From Ignavibacteria bacterium (lineage in GTDB: Bacteria; Bacteroidota; Ignavibacteria; Kapaibacteriales; Kapaibacteriaceae): a stretch of DNA of 64,000 bases. Below the pieces are notes generated by a model. It was not told the origin of the DNA. It searched no databases and saw nothing but the letters and a program-made list of their open reading frames with translations. The translations under genes and the position numbers were made by a program. The stretch spans positions 6,424 to 70,423 of the forward strand of contig JABMNI010000021.1 in the NCBI GenBank assembly GCA_013204605.1, given 5' to 3'. This document shows positions 10,071-21,358 of this stretch, one piece after another. The stretch's first letter is position 1. Every line of letters starts with the position of its first letter.

Positions 10071-10862
10071 TTATCGCAACCTGAACTTGACGGGAATTGC
10101 CATCCACACGGCAACGCCGTGACCATTCTGAAGGGCTGGCGTAAACACGGTCGCTTTCACCGCATCCTCGGCGGCTTGATTTAAGATTCTATTATCAGAC
10201 TCGATTATCATCGTTTTCAGAACTTTACCATCCTTACCAACCAGCACTCGAACTCTCACCGTACCCTGAATACCATTCACTCGTGCCATGTTAGGATAAA
10301 CAACTCTCCGTTGCAAATCTTCCAAATCAAAAACTGGGTCTCTCTCAACAGATATAAAGTCATCAGGGTCAGGAAGTTCATCGCGTTGCTGGATGTTGAT
10401 CCCAGGATCGACTCCCGTTCCGTCGCTCCATCCACCTAAATCTTTTCCGTCGCCACCAACTGACGTTGCGCGGTTAATTTCATCAATGTTAGCGAAGTCC
10501 TTGGCATCGGGAGCAATTAGTGCGTCGGGCACCGCCACAGGTGTTCCAGCTCTCGCCGCTGGACCCGAAGCTGCAGGTGGAACTGCTTGTGGCGGCGGTG
10601 GCGGCGGTGGTTCGTTAGCGTTTTCAGAGGGTGGCGGTGCCAAGGCATCGATACTTATACGCGTAAGCAATACCTTAACTACGTTGGGAGGCGGAAACAG
10701 AAATGACTCAACTACCTTGTACGTAAACGTAAATAGCGCCAGCAATAACAACAGGAGCATTGTGTAAACGAACGCCCTCTTCGTATTACGAGCTATAATT
10801 TCTTTTAGCTCGGAAGCACCATACTTAACAATTAAGGGTGATTTAGCAGCGATTGTTGTCAT
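10071..10862 (-). CDS. tonB: TonB family protein
   Basis: N-terminal TM, proline-rich spacer (PPPPPPPQAVPP) and a C-terminal TonB domain. Confidence 0.82.
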   Translation of the reverse strand: MTTIAAKSPLIVKYGASELKEIIARNTKRAFVYTMLLLLLLALFTFTYKVVESFLFPPPNVVKVLLTRISIDALAPPPSENANEPPPPPPPQAVPPAASGPAARAGTPVAVPDALIAPDAKDFANIDEINRATSVGGDGKDLGGWSDGTGVDPGINIQQRDELPDPDDFISVERDPVFDLEDLQRRVVYPNMARVNGIQGTVRVRVLVGKDGKVLKTMIIESDNRILNQAAEDAVKATVFTPALQNGHGVAVWMAIPVKFRLR

Positions 10863-11407
10863 AATCCACCTATGTCTTCCGCATCTTTCTTTTCGAAAGG
10901 TGCAACAGTGAACTTTCTGTTTCTTTCGTTAATGCCGGCATCTTTCAATCCTCGGATAATACTTTGCTCGGCACTATTTAGTTTATCCAATATCTGTACA
11001 ACGGCACCATACGGTGCTTCTCCACTTGATTTAAGTACCACAATACATTTGTTCTTAAGCGCCACGTTCTGAGCCACGACGAGCTTTTTCAACTCTTCCA
11101 ACGTCACCTTTGAAGGCTCGTCTGTTCCCATATTGAAGAACAACTTTCCATCAAATCGAACTCTTATTGTTAACAACTCAGACTGCTTAACTTCAATTGG
11201 AACGTCCAAATCGGGTGGAACACTTAGTTCCATTGTTTGAGGTGTAATCATGGACGTAGTTAACATGAAGAACGTAAGCAATAGGAAGGTGATATCCACT
11301 AGTGGAGTCATATCAAGTCGGAACCCGACCCGATGCTTCTTCTTCCGTTTGCCTTCCTTACCGCGGCGTTGTTTTTCGCCGCTTCCTAATGATCCGCCAC
11401 CAGCCAT
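10859..11407 (-). CDS. exbD: Biopolymer transport protein ExbD/TolR
   Basis: ExbD family with the MTPLVDITFLLL motif. Confidence 0.82.
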   Translation of the reverse strand: MAGGGSLGSGEKQRRGKEGKRKKKHRVGFRLDMTPLVDITFLLLTFFMLTTSMITPQTMELSVPPDLDVPIEVKQSELLTIRVRFDGKLFFNMGTDEPSKVTLEELKKLVVAQNVALKNKCIVVLKSSGEAPYGAVVQILDKLNSAEQSIIRGLKDAGINERNRKFTVAPFEKKDAEDIGGL

Positions 11408-11451
11408 TTTTTTACCTTTTGATAATCTAAGACTAAAGGTGCTCTATAATG

Positions 11452-11979
11452 TTATAGACCGCCGGTCTTCTTCTCGGTTACAAAATTGAAAGTCGTAGCG
11501 CGCTTTTTGCGCATTTCGTTGATAGCCACTTCTATATAACGGTACTTGACTCTACGATCGGCATCTAAAGCAAATCGTGCTTTAGGATTTACAATCCTCG
11601 CACGTTCAATAATCTTTCCCAGCCACAATGAATCTGATATTTTATAAACTACAGATTCAGGATTGGCACCAGGAAAATTTATCCGCTGCATAGCATCAGC
11701 TAGCGAAGCCACGTCTTGCTCATTCAACATCGACAAGTAGTAGGCTGTGTCCTTGCTCACAGTGTCGATTCCAATCTTAATAGTTACCAAGTCCTTTTCA
11801 GGCAACTTGGCAGTATCGGCCTGCGTTTGGGGACGTTTGATAACAAACTTCTGCTGATTGTCCGCTTCGTTCTTGAACTTCGCGGTAAACATAAAGAACG
11901 TGAGCAACAAGAACGTAATGTCCACCAGCGGTGTCATGTCCAGTACGAAACCAACTCGTTTCTTTTTAATCTTCGACAT
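11452..11979 (-). CDS. exbD: Biopolymer transport protein ExbD/TolR (second paralog)
   Basis: Same MTPLVDITFLLLTFFM motif; tandem paralog. Confidence 0.82.
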   Translation of the reverse strand: MSKIKKKRVGFVLDMTPLVDITFLLLTFFMFTAKFKNEADNQQKFVIKRPQTQADTAKLPEKDLVTIKIGIDTVSKDTAYYLSMLNEQDVASLADAMQRINFPGANPESVVYKISDSLWLGKIIERARIVNPKARFALDADRRVKYRYIEVAINEMRKKRATTFNFVTEKKTGGL

Positions 11980-12000
11980 GTTTATCCAAACTGGTTGTTA

Positions 12001-12801
12001 TTATTGCTTTGATCCGAGCTTAATCGACAGTGTTTCCATTAGGTCGAGAATTATCTCGTCCATGGTATACACGAAGTTGTCAACCTTGGTTGTAAAGAAG
12101 TTAAAAGCTGCAATGGCCAACACAGCGGCGATTAGTCCACCAGCAGTATTATATAAGGCCTCAGAGATACCAATTGAGAGCTGCTGTGCAGACACTGTGC
12201 CACCGGCACCAAGCGCCTGGAAGGCTCTGATCATACCAACCGTAGTTCCCAACAATCCAATCATGGTTGACAACGAAGCCACCGATGAAATGATTACTAG
12301 ATTTTTCTCCAGAAGAGGTGTTTCAAGATTCATATTTTCGTCGATAGCTCGCTGAACGTCACCAATCTTTTGTTCAACGTTTAAAGAACCATCATTTTCG
12401 GCCGACTTGAACCTTTCAGCAGCTGAACGTAGAACATTTGCAAGACTCCCCTTCTGCGCGTCACATTGCTGAATAGCGGCTGTATAGTCGCCCTTCGAAA
12501 CTAGTCCAACAACGTTCTTACCAAACGCGTGCATGTCACCACTTCCCGATGCTTTTCCAATAGAAAGCATTCTCTCCACGGTGTACGTAATTGCCAACAA
12601 AATGCAGGCAATTAGTAGCCCTACCAACGGTCCACCTGTGAAAATCATACCCAATGCATTTTGAGGGATATGCATATCTACCTGTCCGCTTTTGGGGTCG
12701 GTAAAATTGCCTTCAGCACCTAACACCATGTAAAACACGAGATACGCAGCTACCACGCACGCCGTGATTATTAGCGCGTTAGTAAGATTTTTCATCTTCA
12801 T
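12001..12801 (-). CDS. exbB: MotA/TolQ/ExbB proton channel
   Basis: Three-TM ExbB topology and family similarity. Confidence 0.85.
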   Translation of the reverse strand: MKMKNLTNALIITACVVAAYLVFYMVLGAEGNFTDPKSGQVDMHIPQNALGMIFTGGPLVGLLIACILLAITYTVERMLSIGKASGSGDMHAFGKNVVGLVSKGDYTAAIQQCDAQKGSLANVLRSAAERFKSAENDGSLNVEQKIGDVQRAIDENMNLETPLLEKNLVIISSVASLSTMIGLLGTTVGMIRAFQALGAGGTVSAQQLSIGISEALYNTAGGLIAAVLAIAAFNFFTTKVDNFVYTMDEIILDLMETLSIKLGSKQ

Positions 12802-12855
12802 ATAAGTTGCCCTTGATAATACAGTTTATTCTCTCGAAAATATTTTAGTGTCAAA

Positions 12856-13212
12856 TTAAGAATCGATTCGAAGCTGTTCGATAGCTTCTTCCTTGGTTTT
12901 GCAAATCATTAATACCTTGTCCATCGATGTTACTCGAATCACTTCGAGAACAATCCCGTTCAATCCAACTACACAAAATTTCCCAGCGTGACGAGTAGTT
13001 GCAGTATGCGCAGCCAATAATACGCTCAGAAAAGATGAATTCGCATACTCCACGCCAGTAGCATCTAATACCATTAACGTTTGAGGCTTGGCAGCAAATT
13101 GACCAATCACCTGCCTTAAGGCCTCAGTTTCGTCTCCACCAATGAATTGACCTTGAAGTTTTACAACCACAATGTCATCTATCTGCTCAATCGCTATCTG
13201 TTCGTGTTGCAT
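12856..13212 (-). CDS. STAS-domain protein (anti-sigma-factor antagonist-like)
   Basis: 118-aa SpoIIAA-like fold (VLDATGVEYANSSFLSVLL). Confidence 0.55.
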   Translation of the reverse strand: MQHEQIAIEQIDDIVVVKLQGQFIGGDETEALRQVIGQFAAKPQTLMVLDATGVEYANSSFLSVLLAAHTATTRHAGKFCVVGLNGIVLEVIRVTSMDKVLMICKTKEEAIEQLRIDS

Positions 13213-13314
13213 AGTAATGTCCGATAACTACGAACGCGTCGCAATTTCAAGCGGACGAAACTACGAAAAATCAAACTTTGGATAGGGATTGTTTCTGTTT
13301 GATAATGCATTATT

Positions 13315-14196
13315 TCAATTTTTATGGGTAACAACCACTACTCTGGGAATATCCTGTAGGTCCGTCACTAATTCCACATTGTACGAAACCGCCGCAAACA
13401 TCCCTTTTACGCTCTCAAACTGCCCAAATCCGATTTCCATCAATAATATGCCGTTTTTCTCAAGTATGTCTGGTAAAACTTCCGACATCCTTCTATAAAA
13501 CTGCAGCCCGTCACCATCGTCCGTCAGGGCGCTATGCGGCTCGTAGTCGCGAACCTCGTGCTGTAAATCTACGAGGTCATGCTGCGGAATGTATGGTGGG
13601 TTCATCGTGATAATGTTGTACTTGCTACCAAGAGTTTCGGTTAAAAAATCAAAATGCATCGTGGATATTCTGTAGGCTAACTCATGCAGATTAATGTTGT
13701 TTTCAGCTATTTTCAAAGCCTTTGGTTCCTTATCCAAGGCCGTCCAAACAGTTTGATGACATCTCTTGGCAATAGCCACCGGGATGCATCCGCTTCCCGT
13801 ACCCACGTCGAGACACCTAAAGGGTCCTACTTGGCTACCAATCATTCGAATTACTCTTTCCACTATAAATTCGGTTTCAGGCCGTGGAATCAACACATCG
13901 GGTGTGACCTCAATACGAACGGAATAAAAATCTGTGTACCCTAAAATATATTGAAGGGGCTCTCCAGTAGTCCGTCGGCGCACCATTAATCGCAAATCCG
14001 CAAGCTCTTCAAGCGAAAGTGGACGCTCAAAATCCGTGTACAACTTCAATCGACCGATATTTAACACGGCGCAAACCATCATTTCAATTGTCAATCGTGG
14101 AGAATCCACATTCTTTGCAGCAAAGAATTCGGTACCCCACCGGACGATATCAATCACCGTCCACTGTTTATCAGGCAATGGTATGGTCTTGCGCAT
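13315..14196 (-). CDS. prmC: Release factor glutamine methyltransferase
   Basis: NPPY motif (ITMNPPYI) and a SAM-binding DVGTGSG motif. Confidence 0.82.
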   Translation of the reverse strand: MRKTIPLPDKQWTVIDIVRWGTEFFAAKNVDSPRLTIEMMVCAVLNIGRLKLYTDFERPLSLEELADLRLMVRRRTTGEPLQYILGYTDFYSVRIEVTPDVLIPRPETEFIVERVIRMIGSQVGPFRCLDVGTGSGCIPVAIAKRCHQTVWTALDKEPKALKIAENNINLHELAYRISTMHFDFLTETLGSKYNIITMNPPYIPQHDLVDLQHEVRDYEPHSALTDDGDGLQFYRRMSEVLPDILEKNGILLMEIGFGQFESVKGMFAAVSYNVELVTDLQDIPRVVVVTHKN

Positions 14197-17100
14197 AATG
14201 CTCTTGCAACGAGATCGACGTGAATTGCTCGCCCTTGAGCGCCTTTATACCATACAGTGAGGCTTCGGCGGCGGCCAGCGTGGTGAAAAACGGTACTTTG
14301 AATTTCATGGCAGTTCTGCCCATAACCGCTTCGTCAAATCGAGCATTTTCGCCCAATGGAGTATTTATTACTAACTGAACTTCACCATTCGCAATTTGAT
14401 CTACAATGCTGGGGCGTCCTTCGTAATGTTTTAAAACACGTTCTGCTGTTACCCCATGATTCATCAGGAAATCAGCCGTGCCCCCTGTGGCCATTATGGT
14501 AAATCCAATTTCTGCATAGCCCCTTGCAATCTCAATAGCGCGTGGGCTTTTATCGTGGGGGCTGAGCGAGATGAACACATTACCAGATTGAGGCAGGGCG
14601 TTGCCAGACGAGATGTGCGATTTAACGATGGCTCTACCAAAATTGGAATCCATACCCATTACTTCGCCAGTGGAGCGCATTTCGGGTCCGAGGAATACAT
14701 TGACTTTGGGGAATTTCGTAAACGGAAAAACGCTTTCTTTGATCGCTATCCTACCAATATTTAGATCAAAGTCTTTTACGTCCATGTCCGCGAGTTTCTC
14801 ACCTATCATAACTCGGGTTGCAATTTTTGCGACTTGAACTCCGGTGGCTTTCGATACGAACGGGACGGTACGTGAGGCGCGGGGATTTACCTCCAACACA
14901 TACACGTTACCGCGCTGCACAGCGAACTGGATATTGATTAGCCCTATTACGTTTAGTGCTTTTGCTAGAGCTTTCGTGTGAGCCACCATGGTTGCAATGA
15001 TACTTGGCTCTGTGTTATACGGCGGTAAAACACAGGAAGAATCTCCAGAGTGAACCCCGGCTTCTTCGATGTGTTGCATGATTCCGCCAATAACTGTGTC
15101 AGTGCCATCGCAAACCGCATCCACATCAAACTCAGATGCATCTTCGAGAAACTGGTCAATCAACACTTGCCGTGTGGGATCTTGAGCAATAGCCATTTGC
15201 ATGTACTTTCTCAAGCTCTCCTCACGATAGCAAATCTGCATTGCTTGGCCACCTAGAACATACGATGGTCGGACCAATACAGGGTAGCCTATGCGACTAG
15301 CTATTTCGACGGCCTCATCTTCGTTAACCGTAGTTCCCCATGGCGGGCATGGGATCTGCAAGCGCGTAAGTAAATCGCCAAACCGTTTGCGGTCTTCAGC
15401 TAAATCTATACCCTCTGGGAGCGTACCAATCAGAGGTACACCGGCATCGGACAACTGCTGCGCTAACTTCAACGGCGTTTGTCCACCAAACGTGATAATT
15501 ACACCGTCTGGTTTTTCTAGTTCAATTACGTTTAAAACGTCTTCGAATGTTAAGGGCTCGAAGTAAAGTCGGTTGGTTGTGTCGTAATCAGTTGAAACAG
15601 TTTCGGGATTACAGTTAATCATGATCGCCTCGTACCCGGCTTCGCGAAGTGCAAACACGGCCTGCACACAACAGTAGTCGAACTCAATACCTTGTCCAAT
15701 TCGGTTAGGTCCGCTGCCCAACACGATTACTTTCTTTCGATCCGAGGGAATCGCTTCGTTCTCAGTTTCGTAGGTGGAATAATGATACGGCGTTTCCGAT
15801 TCAAATTCGGCAGCGCAGGTATCGACAGTTTTATACACTGGTAATACCTGTAAATTTTTTCGGTGGACGCGAATTGCAAGCTCGTTAGCACTGCAACAAA
15901 CACTAAGTTGAATGTCACTGAATCCAAAACGCTTTAAGCGGCGCAGTCGCTCCGCAGTAAGTACGTCAACCCAATTGGAAGTCGTACAATCCGAAATCAA
16001 GCTTTGTGCTGCGTCGACAATCTGACGGCATTGTTCAACAAACCACGGATCGTACTTAGTTAGTTGAAAAATTTCTTGTGTGGTCATACCAAATCGCAGC
16101 GCATCGCACAGGTCAAAAATTGAATCGCTTTTCCGAAGCCTCAACTGCGCTCGCAAAGGAGCCAGATCAGCCTCCAAAACCTTATTGCCGGTGCGGTACT
16201 CTGGTCGGTCAAATCCGAATCCAAACCTATTCTGCTCAAGAGACCTTAGGCCTTTTTGCAAGGCTTCTTTGAACGTCACGCCAAATGCCATGGCCTCACC
16301 AACGGACTTCATCTGAACGCCAAGTGAATTATCTGACTCTCTAAACTTTTCAAAATCCCATCTTGGAATCTTCACTACAACGTAGTCTATTGATGGCTCA
16401 AAACACGCCGGAGTCTTCTTTGTAATGTCGTTATCAATTTCGTCGAGTGTATATCCAACCGCAAGTTTTGCGGCAATTTTAGCTATAGGGAAACCCGTCG
16501 CTTTCGAGGCCAATGCTGAACTTCTCGAAACTCTAGGGTTCATTTCGATTATCACCATTTTGCCCGTCTTAGGATCGATTGCAAATTGAATATTCGAACC
16601 GCCGGTTTCCACTCCTATTTCACGAATAATTTTTAGCGCAGCATCACGCAAACGCTGGTACTCACGATCTGTCAGAGTTTGCGCAGGTGCTACTGTAATC
16701 GAGTCGCCCGTATGCACTCCCATCGGATCGACGTTTTCAATCGAACAAACAATAACTACGTTATCCTTGGTATCGCGCATTACCTCCAATTCAAACTCTT
16801 TCCACCCAATCATGCTCTCTTCTACCAACACTCTCCCAATTGGGCTGGCCACAAGCCCGCTTCGTAGAATCTCACTATACTCGTCCATGTTATAGGCAAT
16901 ACCTCCGCCGGTACCACCCATGGTAAACGACGGCCGAACTATCGCAGGAAAGCCAATGGAGTCTATCATTGCCATCCCACCCTCGAAATCATGCACAAAG
17001 CCCCCTTGTGGCATATTCATGCCAATCTTGAGCATTGCGTTGAGGAATAGTTCGCGATCTTCAGCTTTATTTATAGACTCTACATTCGAGCCAATCAGCT

Positions 17101-17440
17101 CAACGCCATACTTTTCGAGAATGCCTTTTTCATGCAATTGAATTGCTGCATTCAGCGCAACCTGGCCACCCATGGTAGGCAAGATGGCATCGGGTCGTTC
17201 CTTCTTAATAATCTCTTCTATGAATTCGGTCGTAATAGGTTCGATGTATGTGGCGTCGGCAATATTCGGATCCGTCATTATAGTTGCAGGGTTCGAATTC
17301 ACCAACACAACTCTGTAACCCTCTTCTTTCAGCACCTTGCATGCCTGCGTTCCGGAGTAATCGAATTCACAGGCTTGACCAATAATTATTGGGCCGGATC
17401 CAATTACTAGGATGGTCTTCAAATCTGTTCTTTTAGGCAT
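14171..17440 (-). CDS. carB: Carbamoyl-phosphate synthase large subunit
   Basis: 1089 aa with duplicated ATP-grasp halves and an MGS-like C-terminal domain. Collinear with CarB along its whole length. Confidence 0.95.
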   Translation of the reverse strand: MPKRTDLKTILVIGSGPIIIGQACEFDYSGTQACKVLKEEGYRVVLVNSNPATIMTDPNIADATYIEPITTEFIEEIIKKERPDAILPTMGGQVALNAAIQLHEKGILEKYGVELIGSNVESINKAEDRELFLNAMLKIGMNMPQGGFVHDFEGGMAMIDSIGFPAIVRPSFTMGGTGGGIAYNMDEYSEILRSGLVASPIGRVLVEESMIGWKEFELEVMRDTKDNVVIVCSIENVDPMGVHTGDSITVAPAQTLTDREYQRLRDAALKIIREIGVETGGSNIQFAIDPKTGKMVIIEMNPRVSRSSALASKATGFPIAKIAAKLAVGYTLDEIDNDITKKTPACFEPSIDYVVVKIPRWDFEKFRESDNSLGVQMKSVGEAMAFGVTFKEALQKGLRSLEQNRFGFGFDRPEYRTGNKVLEADLAPLRAQLRLRKSDSIFDLCDALRFGMTTQEIFQLTKYDPWFVEQCRQIVDAAQSLISDCTTSNWVDVLTAERLRRLKRFGFSDIQLSVCCSANELAIRVHRKNLQVLPVYKTVDTCAAEFESETPYHYSTYETENEAIPSDRKKVIVLGSGPNRIGQGIEFDYCCVQAVFALREAGYEAIMINCNPETVSTDYDTTNRLYFEPLTFEDVLNVIELEKPDGVIITFGGQTPLKLAQQLSDAGVPLIGTLPEGIDLAEDRKRFGDLLTRLQIPCPPWGTTVNEDEAVEIASRIGYPVLVRPSYVLGGQAMQICYREESLRKYMQMAIAQDPTRQVLIDQFLEDASEFDVDAVCDGTDTVIGGIMQHIEEAGVHSGDSSCVLPPYNTEPSIIATMVAHTKALAKALNVIGLINIQFAVQRGNVYVLEVNPRASRTVPFVSKATGVQVAKIATRVMIGEKLADMDVKDFDLNIGRIAIKESVFPFTKFPKVNVFLGPEMRSTGEVMGMDSNFGRAIVKSHISSGNALPQSGNVFISLSPHDKSPRAIEIARGYAEIGFTIMATGGTADFLMNHGVTAERVLKHYEGRPSIVDQIANGEVQLVINTPLGENARFDEAVMGRTAMKFKVPFFTTLAAAEASLYGIKALKGEQFTSISLQEHYAQDHTIA

Positions 17441-17459
17441 ACGACTACTTATTCCAATT

Positions 17460-18371
17460 TCAAGTTGTTAAAAATAATTTTAGTACTGACATGCGAACTG
17501 CCACGCCATGGGTTACTTGACGGTGAATTAAACAATTCATCATGTTTAACACCTCACAATCTATCTCAACGCCCTCATTAACGGGTCCCGGATGCACAAT
17601 GGCCACATCCGAATACTTTAACGCTAACTCTTTTGTCACGGCATATTGTTTGCGGTAGTCCAATACCGAAATGTCAACCTGCTGCTCAATCCGCTCTCGC
17701 TGAATTCTAAGCAGATTTATCACTTGACACTGATTCATGGCCTGTTCAACACTTTCAATTCTTTCAGCATCGTTGAAGGGGGCATCACCAGGCGCAAAAT
17801 CATCAGGTGCACAGTACGAAACCTTGGCTCCAAGTTTCGAGAAAACGTCCACATTGGAACGGGCCACTCTTGAATGTTTAACATCACCAACAATGCAAAT
17901 CGATAAACCTTCCAACGAACCAAATTTTTCAATGAGTGTTGAGGCATCCAGCAAAGCTTGGGTGGGATGCGACAGTGTACCTTCGCCTCCATTTATAATC
18001 GATATGCTGCTCGAGTCCCTTATCCGCTCCATCACACCATTGAGAGGGTGACGTACCACAATGGCATCAAAGTCCATTGCTTGCAACGTAGCGATAGTTT
18101 CTTCTAACGACTCTCCCTTTTCTACACTGCTACCCGCAGACTGAAAATAAACCGAAGCTCCACCAGATCGTTCAATGGCAGTTTCGAAAGAGACACGTGT
18201 TCTTGTGGAGGGTTCAAAAAAGGCAAGCACAACTCTTCGGTCATGGAGAAAGGTATAACCTTCTTTTTTCAATCCCGAGGCAGACAAAAACATCTTGGCT
18301 TCGTCCAGAATCAATTCGATTTCTGAGCGAGATAACTGCAATGTGTTTAAAAGGTGTTTTTGATGCATCAT
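17460..18371 (-). CDS. pyrB: Aspartate carbamoyltransferase catalytic subunit
   Basis: STRTRVSFE and HPTQALLD motifs. Confidence 0.92.
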   Translation of the reverse strand: MMHQKHLLNTLQLSRSEIELILDEAKMFLSASGLKKEGYTFLHDRRVVLAFFEPSTRTRVSFETAIERSGGASVYFQSAGSSVEKGESLEETIATLQAMDFDAIVVRHPLNGVMERIRDSSSISIINGGEGTLSHPTQALLDASTLIEKFGSLEGLSICIVGDVKHSRVARSNVDVFSKLGAKVSYCAPDDFAPGDAPFNDAERIESVEQAMNQCQVINLLRIQRERIEQQVDISVLDYRKQYAVTKELALKYSDVAIVHPGPVNEGVEIDCEVLNMMNCLIHRQVTHGVAVRMSVLKLFLTT

Positions 18372-18418
18372 TCAAAACTAAGATTCTATCACCACATCGA
18401 GCGTAATCGTTTTTGGTC

Positions 18419-18448
18419 AAAAAAAAGCCCGTCAAAAATTTGACGGGC
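18419..18448 (-). terminator. Rho-independent terminator downstream of hup
   Basis: Hairpin GCCCGTCAAAAATTTGACGGGC followed by an eight-U run on the minus strand. Confidence 0.55.
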
Positions 18449-18467
18449 TTTCATAAGCGTTAGATGC

Positions 18468-18800
18468 TTATTTCTTTTTCGCTGCCTTTTTAGGTGCTGC
18501 TTTTTTAGCTGCAGTAACTTTCTTTTCACCATTTACAATGGCTTTCAGATCGCTACCGGCCGAAAACTTAGCCACTTTACGTGCGCTAATTTTGATTGGC
18601 ATATTCGTTGCAGGATTACGGCCCATACGAGCGGCACGCTTACCTACAGTGAAAGAACCAAAACCGATTAAAGAAACTCCGCCGCCTTTGCCCATTTCTC
18701 CCTTAATCGCATTGATAGTAGCGTTCAACGCCGAATCAGCTTGCGCTTTAGAAAGACCAGCAGATGTGGCAATAGCCTCGATAAGTTCTGCTTTATTCAT
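18468..18800 (-). CDS. hup: HU family DNA-binding protein with lysine-rich C-terminal tail
   Basis: MNKAELIEAIA... HU fold (GFGSF) plus a KKAAPKKAAKKK tail. Confidence 0.88.
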   Translation of the reverse strand: MNKAELIEAIATSAGLSKAQADSALNATINAIKGEMGKGGGVSLIGFGSFTVGKRAARMGRNPATNMPIKISARKVAKFSAGSDLKAIVNGEKKVTAAKKAAPKKAAKKK

Positions 18801-18979
18801 AATTCCACCCCACAGAGTAGTTGAGAAACAATTAATTGCACGGCTAAATTATCCAGTGTTGATAGGGGTTAGCAAGCACGACTTATCCACAAGTACCCAT
18901 TTTAAGGGGTTTTTACACACTTTTATGAAAAAAAGTCAGTTTTCAAAGGCTACTCAGACCTAATTACCCTTCGAAAATC

Positions 18980-19480
18980 CTATTTATTCAAAAAAAACAG
19001 CAATGCTGTCTGTATAACAGCACTGCCTAAATACAGTGCAATCACTGCAAAGAGACCAGCTAAAACGTCATCAACCATCACACTCCAAGCGCCAGTTTTG
19101 TTGTTGATGTACGATATTGGCCAAGGCTTCATTACATCAAACACCCTGAATAGGAATAAGCCGCCAAGGGCATATTCCCACCCTGTATATATAATAGGAG
19201 CTACCATTACCAAGCTCATACCGGCTGCCTCATCTATTACTACTTCTGTAGGATCGGTCCCCCAAGCCCCCTGCACTTTTTTAGTAGCTAACAACCCCAC
19301 TACAAAGAATAGTACGGCTAGTACTGCATAAACCACGGGAACAATTTGAAACTCTGCTAAGAAGACTATTCCGGGAATTGCAACAAACAAACTACACCAA
19401 CTACCAGGCATAATTGGAAGTAGACCAATGCCACCACAAGTTGAAATCCATTCGTAAACGTTTGTGATTTTCTTAGTCAT
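18980..19480 (-). CDS. pgpA: Phosphatidylglycerophosphatase A
   Basis: PgpA family. The ORF in the track extends to 19576, but the likely start is the ATG at 19480 (MTKKITNV...), which overlaps the pgsA stop as ATGA. Confidence 0.7.
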   Translation of the reverse strand: MTKKITNVYEWISTCGGIGLLPIMPGSWCSLFVAIPGIVFLAEFQIVPVVYAVLAVLFFVVGLLATKKVQGAWGTDPTEVVIDEAAGMSLVMVAPIIYTGWEYALGGLFLFRVFDVMKPWPISYINNKTGAWSVMVDDVLAGLFAVIALYLGSAVIQTALLFFLNK

Positions 19481-20073
19481 TCTGAAATTCGATTTGTGGA
19501 AAACAATTGTCGGTTGACGATTACATATTCGATCGTTGTCCAGACTGTTACGCCGGTTATCAACAGTTCCAACCAATACGTAATCGATGAAAACAGTAGT
19601 GTTTGACTACTTTCTCGCAATTCAGCCGAACCTGCACTATACACCAAGACCCAGAGTGTGAGTGCGTAAATGATAAAACTCATTTGGAAAAAGGTTTTTG
19701 CTTTTGCCGTTTTTGATGTTGTGAACTCGTGTCCCCTACTATCAGCCAGATTTCTCATTCCTGTTGTCAGGATATCTCTCAATAAAATTATCAACGTCAT
19801 CCACCACGGCATGAAACCTATCCACGAGAACGAAACAAAAGCAGCCGAGGTCAAGGCTTTATCTGCTAAAGGGTCGATGTACTTTCCGTGTGCCGACTCT
19901 TGCTGATACCTGCGCGCCAAATGTCCGTCAAGCCAATCCGTAACGGCACCTATACAAATCAGAATTGTTGCACTCACCACATACCACTTCTCGGCCTGCA
20001 CTACTAGCACCAAGTACACTGGCGCTATTACAAGTCGTGAATAACTCAAAGTATTTGCTACGGTGAACTTCAA
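19477..20073 (-). CDS. pgsA: CDP-diacylglycerol--glycerol-3-phosphate 3-phosphatidyltransferase
   Basis: CDP-alcohol phosphatidyltransferase motif DWLDGHLAR...G...D...D. Confidence 0.82.
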   Translation of the reverse strand: MKFTVANTLSYSRLVIAPVYLVLVVQAEKWYVVSATILICIGAVTDWLDGHLARRYQQESAHGKYIDPLADKALTSAAFVSFSWIGFMPWWMTLIILLRDILTTGMRNLADSRGHEFTTSKTAKAKTFFQMSFIIYALTLWVLVYSAGSAELRESSQTLLFSSITYWLELLITGVTVWTTIEYVIVNRQLFSTNRISE

Positions 20074-20825
20074 CGTTGTGCCGCCGAAATTGCTGATAAC
20101 ACGATGCCCGAAAACTCAGTTGGTTTTAGGGACGCACCACCTACTAACGCTCCATCAACCGACGGACATGCAAAAATTTCTCCCGCATTAGCCGCAGTTA
20201 CACTGCCTCCATATAAAACCAGCAACTGAAGATTGTGGTTGTCAAACAAATGTTCCTTAATGGCCGAGTGCACCTCCTGCACCTGGTCCGGTGTAGCCGC
20301 CAGACCCGTTCCTATCGCCCAAATTGGTTCGTATGCAAGAACGCTGTTGGTAAGGGGCTTTGTGGATGCTTTGATTATCTCGTCGAGCTGCTGCGTTACT
20401 ATTCGAATGGTGCTATCTGAGTTGCGTTCTGCCAGCGATTCACCTACGCATATTATAGGTGTCAATCCGGCATTCAAAGCGGCCGCTGCTTTCTCTCCAA
20501 TTCTACTGTCGGAATCGCCTTGATCTCTGCGGATCTCCGAGTGACCCAGTATTACGTGTGTTGCACCAATTTCTATCAGCATGGTTGGTGAGATCTCTCC
20601 GGTGAACGCTCCGCTGGACATCCAATGACAATCTTGTGCGCCCACAACTATCGGAGATGCTTTAAAAATTTCCGCGGCATGCTGGACAAAAATGAAAGGT
20701 GTAAAAACTCCAGCAGTTACGTTGCTACCTTGCACCGGCAACTCGGAAAGTGCGTTGTGCATTTTATTAAGGAGGTCAACCGACCCATTCATTTTCCAGT
20801 TTCCAGCTATAAAATATTTTCTCAT
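20070..20825 (-). CDS. tpiA: Triosephosphate isomerase
   Basis: AYEPIWAIGTG signature. Confidence 0.92.
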   Translation of the reverse strand: MRKYFIAGNWKMNGSVDLLNKMHNALSELPVQGSNVTAGVFTPFIFVQHAAEIFKASPIVVGAQDCHWMSSGAFTGEISPTMLIEIGATHVILGHSEIRRDQGDSDSRIGEKAAAALNAGLTPIICVGESLAERNSDSTIRIVTQQLDEIIKASTKPLTNSVLAYEPIWAIGTGLAATPDQVQEVHSAIKEHLFDNHNLQLLVLYGGSVTAANAGEIFACPSVDGALVGGASLKPTEFSGIVLSAISAAQR

Positions 20826-21358
20826 TGTTGCTGAATTCCACTAACCTTGAAAATTCGATAAGATTTTAAAAACCTATCACTCACAAAACCCATTCCTTCA
20901 ATTTTCTCAGAGGGACTTACTATCCTCACAAACTCGGTCGACTTTAAAAGCTGTGAGTGATTCTCCCACAATAACTTCTGTGTGGTAAGTGTGGTTCGAG
21001 TAGAATCCGAAAAAACCACCACATTCCCAATTGCCGTCATGTTGCTTGTGCGATCGTCCACCACCGCGCTATCCGCCGTCATACGTGCAAGTCGCTTTCC
21101 ACTTTCCACCGAAAAAAAGTCCACCACCACGCTCTTGCCAAACGAAGTCTCCCTACTCTCCTCAGACAAATATGCCACCCCCGATTGTAACGTAGCCTTT
21201 GTGCGCGATGAGTCGGCAAATTTCACCTTCACATTATACGACATGTGGGAGGGGGCTGTGAGGAACGGGTCATCGGCAGACTTTGCCACGTGAGCTTGTT
21301 TTGAACACGACGTTATGCATATGCAAAACATCGAAGCCACTATCAGTTTAACCTTCAT
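20822..21358 (-). CDS. LptC/OstA-like lipoprotein (putative LPS export protein LptC)
   Basis: Lipoprotein signal (CITSCSK) and an LptC-like beta-jellyroll pattern (ADSAVVDDRTSNMTAIGNVVVFSDS). Immediately downstream of kdsA. Confidence 0.45.
   Translation of the reverse strand: MKVKLIVASMFCICITSCSKQAHVAKSADDPFLTAPSHMSYNVKVKFADSSRTKATLQSGVAYLSEESRETSFGKSVVVDFFSVESGKRLARMTADSAVVDDRTSNMTAIGNVVVFSDSTRTTLTTQKLLWENHSQLLKSTEFVRIVSPSEKIEGMGFVSDRFLKSYRIFKVSGIQQQ

Noticed and set aside
7208-12801. The exbB-exbD-exbD-tonB-small ORF-pstS-like-TPR cluster as a possible novel transport island
   Set aside because: This exact arrangement is a widely conserved core operon in Bacteroidetes-type genomes, with two ExbD paralogs, a PstS-like lipoprotein and a TPR protein. 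Nothing here departs from it.
14456-17410. Numerous 60-165 aa plus-strand ORFs inside carB (and similar antisense ORFs inside fabF, ftsK, uvrA, gyrA and the C25 gene)
   Set aside because: They lie antisense to long, well-supported genes, have no family similarity and show low-complexity composition. They are typical spurious six-frame ORFs.
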